From assembly GCA_044866005.1 (NCBI GenBank), contig JBIOTN010000182.1, positions 1 through 24,835 of the forward strand: DNA of 24,835 nucleotides, written 5' to 3'. The notes beneath the pieces are model-generated. The model was not told the origin of the DNA, searched no databases, and worked only from the letters and a program-made list of their open reading frames with translations. Origin of the DNA: Candidatus Rokuibacteriota bacterium. Lineage in GTDB: Bacteria; Methylomirabilota; Methylomirabilia; Rokubacteriales; DASRDR01. Below are positions 8,818-20,379 of this stretch, in pieces (the first letter of the stretch is position 1; every line of letters starts with the position of its first letter). The position numbers and the translations under genes were made by a program.

Positions 8818-9725
8818 GCCACAGGCTTCCATCGCCGGTGCACCCAGAACCACTGCTCGGGATGCTGTCGGACGTGGCGCTCGATCGTCGCGGTATAACA
8901 GGCCGTGTTGACCTCCACGTCCTGATCCACGTTGCCGCTTCGCACGAGCGGCAGCGGCGGCTCCACGATGACCTGATGCTCCCCGTCCCCCAGACGGTGG
9001 ATGAACACCGGGACCACGGGCGCGCCGGTCTTCAGGGCGAGAACGGCGAGACTGCGCGATGTCGAAGCCGGCTGGCCGAAGAACGGGACGAGGACACCGC
9101 GGCGGCCGGCGTGCTGGTCGAGCATGATCCCGACACACTCGCCCCGGCCGAGGGCCGCCCGGATGGCGGGGAGCGCGGCCCGCTTCTGGATCAGCCCGAG
9201 TCGCCAGCGCTCGCGCCCTCTGGCCAGGAGCGCCTCCAGAAACGGGTTATCGAGGGGGCGGACGACGACGTTCAGGGCCAGTCCCGTGAACTCGTTGGCG
9301 GCCGCCAGCAACTCCCAGTTCCCGAAGTGGGCGCCCAGGTAGAGGACCCCGCGGCCCTCCGCGAGCGCGGCCTTGAGGTGCTCGAGCCCGTCCACCCGAA
9401 CGTGCTCGAGCAGCGCGGCCGGAGAGCCGAAGAACAGCCGGCAGCACTCGAGGGCCGTGACGCCCATGTGGCGAAAGCTCGCCCGGCCCAGGGCGGCCCG
9501 TCCGGAGGCGTCGAGGGCGGTCCCGAAGGCCAGCGCCAGGTTGGCCAGCGCGACGCGCCGGCGGCCCGGAAGCGCCCAGTAGGCCAGATCACCGAGGCGC
9601 GCGCCGACCCGCGCCGCCGTCTCCGGCGTGAGCCCCCCGGCGCGGCGGCCGAGGGCCACGACGAGCGTGGCGAGGAGCCGCTGGGCCGCGCGGACCGCTG
9701 GGGACGGACGCCGTCGACGTCGCAC
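8814..9725 (-). CDS. Lipid A biosynthesis lauroyl/lysophospholipid acyltransferase (LpxL/HtrB family)
   Basis: GRGVLYLGAHFGNWELL, RPLDNP, MLDQH, VPFFGQPA and PEQWFWVHRRWK. Start is uncertain (GTG 9725 or 9737). Confidence 0.92.
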   Translation of the reverse strand: MRRRRRPSPAVRAAQRLLATLVVALGRRAGGLTPETAARVGARLGDLAYWALPGRRRVALANLALAFGTALDASGRAALGRASFRHMGVTALECCRLFFGSPAALLEHVRVDGLEHLKAALAEGRGVLYLGAHFGNWELLAAANEFTGLALNVVVRPLDNPFLEALLARGRERWRLGLIQKRAALPAIRAALGRGECVGIMLDQHAGRRGVLVPFFGQPASTSRSLAVLALKTGAPVVPVFIHRLGDGEHQVIVEPPLPLVRSGNVDQDVEVNTACYTATIERHVRQHPEQWFWVHRRWKPVA

Positions 9726-9754
9726 GGACCAGAGCACCTCCAGCGGGCCGGGAC

Positions 9755-10750
<996 letters not shown>

Positions 10751-10951
10751 CAGGCGGCCCGCCAGGGCTGCCGGGGCCGGGGCGAGCACCGAGCGGCCCC
10801 CGCGCGCAGGCCGGCACCGACCGCGGGCGCGCGCGGTAAGACGTCGAGCCTGGACGCCGGCCCCCGAGGCCGGAGCGGCCGCGAGGCCGCAGGCCGAGCG
10901 CGGCCCGGCCGTGACCCGGGACCACGAGACGCGACGGGTATGGGCACGGCC

Positions 10952-11569
10952 TCAGCCCGTCTTGAGCACGATGCCCTCGATCACGTTCACCACGTCCTCA
11001 CAGCGGTCCGTCACCTCTTCCAGGGTCTCGTAGATTTCCTTCCACTTGATGACCTCGATGGGATCGCTCACGTTCGCGAACAACCCGGCGATCAGCTCCT
11101 TGAGCAGGCGGTCGGCCTCGTTCTCCAGCCGGTTCACCTCCACCGCGTGCGCGTGATAGGAGGGGCTGGTGGGACGCAGACAGCCGACGGCCTGCTGGAC
11201 CGCGTCCGCGGTCTTCGCGATGACCTCGGTCAGGGCCCGCGCCCCGGAGGTCGGCTCCTTGATCCGGTAGAGGACCAGCCGGTCCGCCGCGGCCTCGATG
11301 AGGTCGAGGACGTCGTCCAGCCGGCTGGCCAGCGCGTAGACGTCCTCGCGGTCGAACGGCGTGATGAACGTCGTGTTGAGCTTCCGCACGACTTCGTGCG
11401 TGAGCATGTCGCCCGCGTGTTCGAGCTCGCGAATGGCCGCGACCTTGGCCGGGGCGTCGGAGAAGTCGAAGACCATCTCGCGCAGCCGCTGTGCGGACTC
11501 CGTGATGTTGACCGCCTGCCGTTCGAACAGCTCGAAGAAGCGTTCCTCGCGCGGGATGAGTCGGAACAC
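10952..11569 (-). CDS. DUF47 family (PhoU-like) phosphate transport regulator
   Basis: PREERFFELF, ELEHAGD, TFITPFDREDVYALASRLDD, LENEAD and WKEIYETLEEVTDRCED. Located upstream of pit. Confidence 0.93.
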   Translation of the reverse strand: MFRLIPREERFFELFERQAVNITESAQRLREMVFDFSDAPAKVAAIRELEHAGDMLTHEVVRKLNTTFITPFDREDVYALASRLDDVLDLIEAAADRLVLYRIKEPTSGARALTEVIAKTADAVQQAVGCLRPTSPSYHAHAVEVNRLENEADRLLKELIAGLFANVSDPIEVIKWKEIYETLEEVTDRCEDVVNVIEGIVLKTG

Positions 11570-11617
11570 GGCTCGCCTCCCAGGTCCGCCGGAGAGGGCG
11601 CGGCCCCCGCCGCCGTC

Positions 11618-12277
11618 CTAAGGCTCGGACGCCACCGGGCTGGGCTTGGCCGCCCGGCGCTTCGCCGCCCGGGCCCTCCACAGCTCCACGCCGATGGGCG
11701 CGACCGAGAGCAGCACGACGACGGCCACCACCAGGTGGATGTGCTGCCCGATGTTCGGGATCGTCTGGCCGAGGAGGTAGCCCGCCCACGTCAGGCTCAC
11801 CACCCAGCCGATCCCGCCGAAGACGTTGTACGCGACGAACCGCAGATAGCGCATCTGGCCCACGCCGGCCACGACCGGAGCGAACGTGCGCACAATGGGG
11901 ATGAAGCGGGCCAGCACGATCGTCTTGCCTCCGTGCCGCTCGTAGAACTCGCGCGTGCGGATGAGGTGGTCCCGGGCGAACCAGCGCGACTTCTCCTTGC
12001 GGAAGATGCGCGGGCCGGTCCGGTACCCGATCGCGTAGCCCACGGTGTCGCCCACGATGGCCGCCAGGATCAGCAACGCGTTGAGCAGCCAGATGTCGAG
12101 CCCGCCGGCGGCGGCCACGAGCCCGGCCGTGATGAGAAGCGAGTCGCCGGGCAGGAAGAAGCCGACGAGGAGTCCCGTCTCGGCGAACACGATCGCCACC
12201 AGGGCGAAGTACCCGCCCCAGCGGATGAGGTCGTCGAGGGCGTAGCGGCCGGTGGCCAGGTCGAGCAGGAACTCCAC
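11618..12277 (-). CDS. DedA/VTT family membrane protein
   Basis: FAETGLLVGFFLPGDSLL, GDTVGYAIG and ARFIPIVRTFAPVVAG. Confidence 0.95.
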   Translation of the reverse strand: MEFLLDLATGRYALDDLIRWGGYFALVAIVFAETGLLVGFFLPGDSLLITAGLVAAAGGLDIWLLNALLILAAIVGDTVGYAIGYRTGPRIFRKEKSRWFARDHLIRTREFYERHGGKTIVLARFIPIVRTFAPVVAGVGQMRYLRFVAYNVFGGIGWVVSLTWAGYLLGQTIPNIGQHIHLVVAVVVLLSVAPIGVELWRARAAKRRAAKPSPVASEP

Positions 12278-12284
12278 CGGGCGG

Positions 12285-14774
<2,490 letters not shown>

Positions 14775-14826
14775 GATCTGCGTCTCCTGGATTGCGACGG
14801 ACGAGTTATGTCGAAAAGCCAGGTCA

Positions 14827-14835
14827 AGTATAGCA
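14827..14835 (-). promoter_or_regulatory. Putative extended -10 promoter for hppA
   Basis: Minus strand TGCTATACT (TGn-TATACT) about 50 nt upstream of the hppA ATG, in an AT-richer patch. Confidence 0.5.
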
Positions 14836-14880
14836 GAGGGCCCCGTCGGCGCCGGGCCTTCGACGTCGCCGGCGCCGACC

Positions 14881-14909
14881 TTGACAGGCGGCGGGCGGCG
14901 GCCGATCAT
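14881..14909 (+). promoter_or_regulatory. Possible promoter for the antiporter gene
   Basis: Perfect TTGACA at 14881-14886, then a 17-nt spacer to a weak -10 GATCAT, about 10 nt before GTG 14920. Confidence 0.3.
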
Positions 14910-14919
14910 TCGTGTCGCC

Positions 14920-16161
14920 GTGGCGCCCGGCAGTCCGCTCCCGCTCTACTCCGTCGTCCCGTTCATCGCCATGCTGCTGGCCATCGCGGTCTGTCCCCTC
15001 TGGCTGCCGCGCTGGTGGGAAGCCAACCGGAACAAGCTCGTCGTCGCGTGCGCGATGGGGCTCCCGGTGGCGCTGCTCTACCTCGTTCGGGCCCCGGCCG
15101 CGCTCGTCTCGATGGGCGAGGAATACGTGTCGTTCATCGTGCTCCTCGCCGCCCTCTACGCGATCTCCGGCGGGATCCGCCTGACGGGCGACCTGGAAGC
15201 CACGCCCCTCACCAATACCGCGTTCCTCGCCCTTGGCTCGGCCCTCGCTTCTTTCCTCGGGACCACCGGCGCCTCCATGCTGCTCATCCGCCCGCTCCTG
15301 CAGACCAATCGCCAGCGCACCCGGGTCCGGCACACCGTCATCTTCTTCATCTTCCTCGTCTCCAACATCGGCGGCATGCTCACCCCGCTCGGCGATCCGC
15401 CGCTCTTCCTGGGGTATCTCCAGGGCGTCCCCTTCACGTGGACCTTCAAGCTCTGGCGGCAGTGGCTCACGTGCGTCACAGCCCTCCTCCTCGTCTACTT
15501 CGTCTGGGATTCGCTCCACCACGCGCGCGAGCCGATCCCCGCGCTCGAGCGCGACCGGACCCGCCGGCAGCCCCTCCGGCTCGCCGGCGCGGCGAACGGC
15601 CTGTGGCTCGGCGGCGTGGTCGCCGCCGTCGCGGCGCTCGGCGCGCCGTGGCGGGAGCTGGTCATCGTGGCGCTCGCCGGGCTGTCGCTCTGGAGAACGC
15701 CAGGCGAGATCCGGCGCGCCAACGGCTTCACCGCCTACCCCATGGTCGAGGTGGCGGTCCTTTTCTTCGGGATCTTCCTGACCATGATCCCGGCCCTCGA
15801 GCTGCTCCGTCACCGGGGCGGCGAGCTGGGGGTACGCGAGCCGTGGCAGTTCTTCTGGGCCACCGGGACGCTCTCCTCGTTCCTGGACAACGCGCCGACC
15901 TACCTGACCTTCCTCGCGCTCGGCCAGGGGCTGGGCTTGCCGGACGAGGTCGTCGGGGTCTCGGAACCGGTGCTGGCCGCGATCAGCGTCGGCGCCGTCA
16001 CCATGGGCGCCAACACCTACATCGGCAACGCCCCGAACTTCATGGTGAAGTCGATCGCCGAGGAGGCCAAGGTGAAGATGCCGAGCTTCTTCGGCTACGT
16101 CGCCTTCAGCGGCGCCGTCCTGCTGCCCCTCTTCGGCCTCGTGACCTGGCTCTTCTTCTAG
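14920..16161 (+). CDS. Putative sodium:proton antiporter / ion transporter (IT superfamily, NhaD/CitMHS-like)
   Basis: Polytopic hydrophobic protein with [41 protein letters not shown] and [16 protein letters not shown]. Start is uncertain (GTG 14920 or ATG 14971). Confidence 0.85.
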   Translation: MAPGSPLPLYSVVPFIAMLLAIAVCPLWLPRWWEANRNKLVVACAMGLPVALLYLVRAPAALVSMGEEYVSFIVLLAALYAISGGIRLTGDLEATPLTNTAFLALGSALASFLGTTGASMLLIRPLLQTNRQRTRVRHTVIFFIFLVSNIGGMLTPLGDPPLFLGYLQGVPFTWTFKLWRQWLTCVTALLLVYFVWDSLHHAREPIPALERDRTRRQPLRLAGAANGLWLGGVVAAVAALGAPWRELVIVALAGLSLWRTPGEIRRANGFTAYPMVEVAVLFFGIFLTMIPALELLRHRGGELGVREPWQFFWATGTLSSFLDNAPTYLTFLALGQGLGLPDEVVGVSEPVLAAISVGAVTMGANTYIGNAPNFMVKSIAEEAKVKMPSFFGYVAFSGAVLLPLFGLVTWLFF

Positions 16162-16293
16162 CCACGTCGGTTGGAGCGGCTGCCCGCGCCGAATGCCGCC
16201 CCGGGATCGGTGCCCGGGCAAAGCCCGCGCGCGGAGCGCGTGGCTGCAGCGCGAGAGCCGGTCAGTCCCCGGCGTTCCGCCGTCCGGGCGCGC

Positions 16294-16322
16294 TTGCCGC
16301 TTCGCTTGGCTGCCCGTAGGAT
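16294..16322 (+). promoter_or_regulatory. Putative sigma70 promoter for yacG and the M50 protease
   Basis: TTGCCG-N17-TAGGAT, about 80 nt upstream of ATG 16403. Confidence 0.45.
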
Positions 16323-16402
16323 GGATGCCGTGCACGCGTCAGTCGCGCATGGCCCTTCCAACCCGCACGGCCCGTGAGGCAGATCCCTCGGGGGTCCCGC
16401 CC

Positions 16403-16621
16403 ATGTGCCCGGACCGCATCCGTCGTGGAGCGCGGTGCCCCACGTGCAAGGGCCCTGTCCAGTGGAGCGGCAATCGCGCCCGTCCGTTCTGCTCCGTGAG
16501 GTGCAAGCTCATCGACCTCGGCGCCTGGCTCGACGAAGCCCACCGCCTTCCCGGCCCGCCGCTCGGCCCGGAGCCCGGCGAACCGGAGGGGCCCCGGCGC
16601 GAGCCGCCGGAGCCGGACTGA
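16403..16621 (+). CDS. yacG: DNA gyrase inhibitor YacG (zinc finger)
   Basis: [41 protein letters not shown] matches the CPxC...RPFCSxRCxxIDLGxW signature. Confidence 0.92.
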   Translation: MCPDRIRRGARCPTCKGPVQWSGNRARPFCSVRCKLIDLGAWLDEAHRLPGPPLGPEPGEPEGPRREPPEPD

Positions 16622-17272
16622 GTGCTGGGGCCGCGAGACCCCATCGCGTTCTTCCAGGAGCTCGTCCTCCTGGCGCCGGCCATCCTCTTCGCGGTCACGT
16701 GCCACGAGGTCGCGCACGGGTGGGTCGCCGACCGTCTCGGCGACCCGACGGCGCGGCTCGCGGGTCGGCTCACGCTCAACCCGCTCCCACACATCGACCC
16801 CATCGGCGCCCTCATGTTCGTGATCGCGCGGTTTGGCTGGGCCAAGCCCGTCCCCGTCAATCCGCTCAACCTGCCTCACCCGGTCCGGGACATGATCTGG
16901 GTCGCCGCCGCCGGGCCGGCCGCCAACCTGGTCGTCGCCGCGGCGAGCCTCGTGGTCGCCGCCTGGGTCGGCCAACTGGGTGTCCCGGCGGTGTCCACCC
17001 CCCTCCGCGAGCTCTTCCGGCTGAGCTTCGTGATCAACGTGAACCTGGCCGCGTTCAACCTCATCCCGATCCCGCCGCTCGACGGGAGCCAGATCCTGAA
17101 GGGGCTCCTGCCACGACGAGAGCGCCTCGCGTGGCAGCGCCTGGAGCCGTACGGCTTCCTGATCCTCGTCGCGTTTCTCCTCACGGGTCTGGCAGGCGCG
17201 GTCCTCCTCCCGCTCTCCCGCCTGCTCATGCGCGGCCTCTTCTGGACGCTCCAGCCGCTCCTCCAGGGGTGA
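16622..17272 (+). CDS. Site-2 protease family (peptidase M50) intramembrane zinc metalloprotease
   Basis: HEVAHG (HExxH), GDPTA, GWAKPVPVN, AGPAAN and FNLIPIPPLDG. Confidence 0.95.
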   Translation: MLGPRDPIAFFQELVLLAPAILFAVTCHEVAHGWVADRLGDPTARLAGRLTLNPLPHIDPIGALMFVIARFGWAKPVPVNPLNLPHPVRDMIWVAAAGPAANLVVAAASLVVAAWVGQLGVPAVSTPLRELFRLSFVINVNLAAFNLIPIPPLDGSQILKGLLPRRERLAWQRLEPYGFLILVAFLLTGLAGAVLLPLSRLLMRGLFWTLQPLLQG

Positions 17273-17330
17273 CCGGGACCCGCCCTGCGCCCGAGGTTGT
17301 CCCTAGAGTCCCGCCCCTATAGACGCACCG

Positions 17331-17449
17331 GGCGCATTCCCGGCACGCTGAAAGTGAGAAGGCCAGCCGGACGGTAGCCGCCACCCTCAGCCCTCCCGAG
17401 GAGCGGTCGCCCCGGCTGGCCTTTTCGCGCCCGTTCGCTGGGTTGCGCC
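17331..17449 (+). other. Long imperfect inverted repeat / rod-like hairpin (candidate structured RNA or terminator)
   Basis: GTGAGAAGGCCAGCCGG (17354-17370) pairs with CCGGCTGGCCTTTTCGC (17412-17428) over 17 bp with two G-U pairs. Outer stems: CCCGGC/GCTGGG and GGCGCA/TGCGCC. Confidence 0.55.
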
Positions 17450-17510
17450 GTTCGATCCCGCCGCCCTGCCTGCGCGCCGGCCCCACGTCCGAACGAGCGA
17501 GGCCGCCCGA

Positions 17511-17539
17511 TTGACGCCGCCGCGCCGCCGGTGTAGCGT
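17511..17539 (+). promoter_or_regulatory. Putative sigma70 promoter for the DoxX-NDH-2-cNMP gene
   Basis: TTGACG-N17-TAGCGT, followed by GGGAGG near 17559-17564 ahead of in-frame GTG 17574 and ATG 17601. Confidence 0.5.
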
Positions 17540-17600
17540 CGTGGCGCTCTCGTCGGTGGGGAGGAAACCGCGCGTGCTTGCTCGTGGCGGTCGTCCGGCG

Positions 17601-17810
17601 ATGCGCTGGAACGTCTTCCGCTTCGCTCTGCCGCTCCTGCCGCTCCTCTGCACCGGCGAGGTCGCCGCGCACGAAGCGTGGGTGCTGACGCCCCGGCAGA
17701 TCGCCGAGTGGAACGCCAAACCGGTGCCCGAGATCTTCACCCACCTCACCGCCGTCAACGTCCCCATGTACGCCCTGACCGTCCTGTTCCTGGCGGGGTG
17801 GATCCTCCTC
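17601..17810 (+). pseudogene. 5' segment of inversion-disrupted DoxX-like/NDH-2-like/cNMP fusion gene (signal peptide and first TM helix)
   Basis: MRWNVFRFALPLLPLLCTGEVAA-HEAWVLTP...MYALTVLFLAGWILL. Protein-like sequence stops abruptly at 17810, where the antisense of the middle segment begins. The chimeric frame ends at 17882. Confidence 0.8.
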
Positions 17811-19054
17811 AGCAGGAACAGCGCATCGCCGATCGTCATGATGGGCAGGGCGTGCTCGAGGAGGCCGGGAACGCTGGCGTAGCTGACCTCGGGGTCGACC
17901 GCGACGACAAGCTGATCGTATTCGACGCTCACTGCCTGACCGGCGCTCAGCGTGACCCGAAGCTCCTTGGCGGCGGGCGCGATGGCGACCAGGTCGCCTT
18001 GGAGGAACCGGGTCCGGGGACAGAGCCGGCGGATCGCCCCGGCGATGCTTCCGGGTTGGACGGCGCCGCCGACGACCTCGGGAAGCAGCGGCTGGAAGAG
18101 GAAATAGGTCACTCGGTGCACGAGCGTGACAGTGACGTTGGTGAATTGTCCCAGCAGACGCTCCAACCGCATCGCGCACTGGATGCCCGCAAAGCCGCCC
18201 CCCAGGATCACGATCCGGCCCGGCTTGTCGTGCGCCACCGGGCGCCGCCACCGTCCGTCGCCGTTCGTGATGAAGGAGACGAGCAGGCCGTAGAACATGA
18301 TGTGCCGGACCACGCCCTCGCCGAGAACGAAGCTGAAGACGACGAACGAGGCGAAGAGAAAGAGCGACAGGAAGCGCATCATCATGCCCGCCGTGATGAG
18401 CACGCCCGACAGGGTCTCCACCAAGGCCATGGAGCGCACCAGCGCCGCCGGCTCCAGGCCGAAGGTCGGGACGCCCTGGGTCTGGAGCACGCCCACCATG
18501 AGGTTCGGTTGGAGGGCCTTGTAGGAGACGCCGAGATAGGTGAGGTTGAGCCCACCGAGCGTCTGCAGGAGCCACTGGGCCCGCGCGCGCGGCTGGTCCG
18601 TCAGCCACGCGACGACCCGGCCGGTGCCGGGCAGGGCGGGCATGGGGACGTAGTACGACCCCGCCCCTTGCATGAGGAGGTAGAGCGCCGCGCCCGCGAC
18701 GAGCCCCAGGTACGCGAGCATGTCGGCGCCGAAGAAAGCCAGCCCGAGGACGGCCAGGGCCAGCAGGACGGCGGCCGCCGCCCGGACATAGACGCCGAAG
18801 AGGAAGCAGAGGGCGATCGCCACCTCGACCCGCGCCATCCACTCCCATCCCGGGCCGAGGCGGTGCAGCTCGAGGTCGGGCGCGAAGAGCGTCGGCGCTT
18901 CGAGGAGCGCCGTCCCGTGGCGCGGCTGGAGCCCGGCGCCGGCCATGCCCACGAACACGAAGAGCGAGATGCGGAGGGCCAGGGCGGCATAGCCGCCGTA
19001 GGAGGCCAGACGGACCTGGAGGTCCGGGAAGAGCTCGCGCGCGCCGGTGAAATT
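17811..19054 (-). pseudogene. Inverted middle segment: tandem DoxX-like membrane region plus N-terminal FAD-binding part of an NDH-2-like oxidoreductase
   Basis: Open frame from 19054 (NFTGARELFPDLQVRLASYG...) through two DoxX-like units, then RIVILGGGFAGIQCA, YFLFQPLLPEVVGG, YDQLVVAV and HALPIMTIGDALFL. Similarity to the NDH-2 pattern ends at about 17813. Confidence 0.85.
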
Positions 19055-20250
19055 GCCAGCAGCTCCTGGACCGGCTGGAAGAAGCCCAGCTGGACGCCGA
19101 CGCGAAGCGGCGACAGGGCCTGCTGACCTTCGCGGTGGTCGGTGGAAGCCTGCGGGGAACGGCGACCGCCGCCGAGATCCGCGCGCTGGTCGATGGCGCG
19201 CTGGCGTCGTATCCCACGCTCGGGCGGAAGTACGCGCGCGTCCTCCTGTTCGAGCAGGAAGGGCGACTGCTCCCCCGCTTCGACGCCGCGATGGGGGCGG
19301 CGGCCCGGCGCCGCCTGGCCAGGCTCGGCGTGGAGGTCTTCACCGGCACGAGGGTCGCGGCGGTCACCCCCGACGAGGTCGTCCTGGCCTCCGGCGAGCG
19401 CATCCCATGCCGGACGGTGGTGGGGGCCGCCTCGACCCGACCACACCCCATCGCCCGCCTGCCCTCGGCACGGGCCGACGGCCGATTGCCGGTCGACGAG
19501 TTCCTGCGCGTCCGGGGCATGGACGATGTCGTGGCCGCCGGCGACTGCGCGGCGACGTCCGCGGCCGTGCCCTTCCAGGCGCGCCGCGAGATCGCCATGG
19601 GCCGGCGCGCGGCGTTCAACGTCCTGGCCCTGCTGCGGGGATACCCGCTCCAGCCGTGGACGGAGTCGAAGGCGTGGCTCTCGCTCGCACCGCTGGGACG
19701 CCACGCGACGGTCGCTCGCGCCGGCGCGATCCACTTCGGCGGGATCCCGGCCTGGGTCGTCTCTCGGCTCCTCTGCCTGCTGACCCTGCCCGGGTTGGAG
19801 CGGAACCTCCGCGTCCTGGTGGACTGGGTGCTGGACGTCCCCTTCCGCAACGACATCGTGGTCCTCGCCCCCCAGCGGACGCAGAAGCTCAGCCGCGCTC
19901 ACTACGAGTGCGGTGACGTGATCGTGCGCCAGGGCGACAGGGGCGAGTGCGCGTACCTCCTGACGGCCGGGGAGGTGGAGGTGCTGAGGGAGGTCGACGG
20001 GCGATCCGCACGCGTCCGCACCATGCAGGCGGGCGACTGTTTCGGAGAGATCGCCCTGCTGGCCGACACCCCCCGGACCGCGACCGTGCGATGTCTGACC
20101 CCCGTGGACGTGGTGGTCCTGGCGCGCGACCAGCTCGTGGCGCTGGCGGAGGGCTATCGGGAGTTCGGCAACGCGCTCCGGTCCCGGATGACCGAGCGGT
20201 TGCTCATCGACCGCCCGGGCGCGCCGCAGGAGGCCGCCCACCGGGTCTGA
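19055..20250 (+). pseudogene. 3' segment: NDH-2-like second Rossmann and C-terminal region plus cyclic-nucleotide-binding domain
   Basis: Frame from 19057 reads QQLLDRLEEAQLDADAKRRQGLLTFAVVGG..., VVAAGDCA, LTLPGLERNLRVLVDW, then cNMP motifs GDVIVRQGDRGECAY, GEVEV and GDCFGEIALLADTPRTATVR. An in-frame TGA at 19048-19050 lies directly upstream. Confidence 0.85.
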
Positions 20251-20379
20251 CCGCCAACCCGCCACGCGGCCGAAGCCGGACGGCCGGCCGAGGCGCGTCC
20301 CGCACGGTCGCCTGAATGCCGTTCGCCGCTCCGCCGTCTTACCGTGGTGGCCCAGATGCGAGGGAGAGGAGTGGGTCGA

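Noticed and set aside
17446..17465. GTTCGATCCC resembling a tRNA T-loop or integration-site remnant
   Set aside because: The flanking bases (CGCCG / CCGCC) do not form a T-stem, and there is no cloverleaf or CCA end.
17387..18958. 523-aa minus-strand ORF as a complete standalone gene
   Set aside because: The frame continues upstream to 19054 without a credible start. After ...GDALFL the translation is simply the antisense of the 17601 segment and its promoter, so it is the inverted middle of a larger gene.
17790..19075. Recombinase-type inverted repeats at the inversion junctions
   Set aside because: Comparing each junction with the reverse complement of the other shows only 1-2 nt of microhomology. 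No invertase or integrase gene lies in the window.
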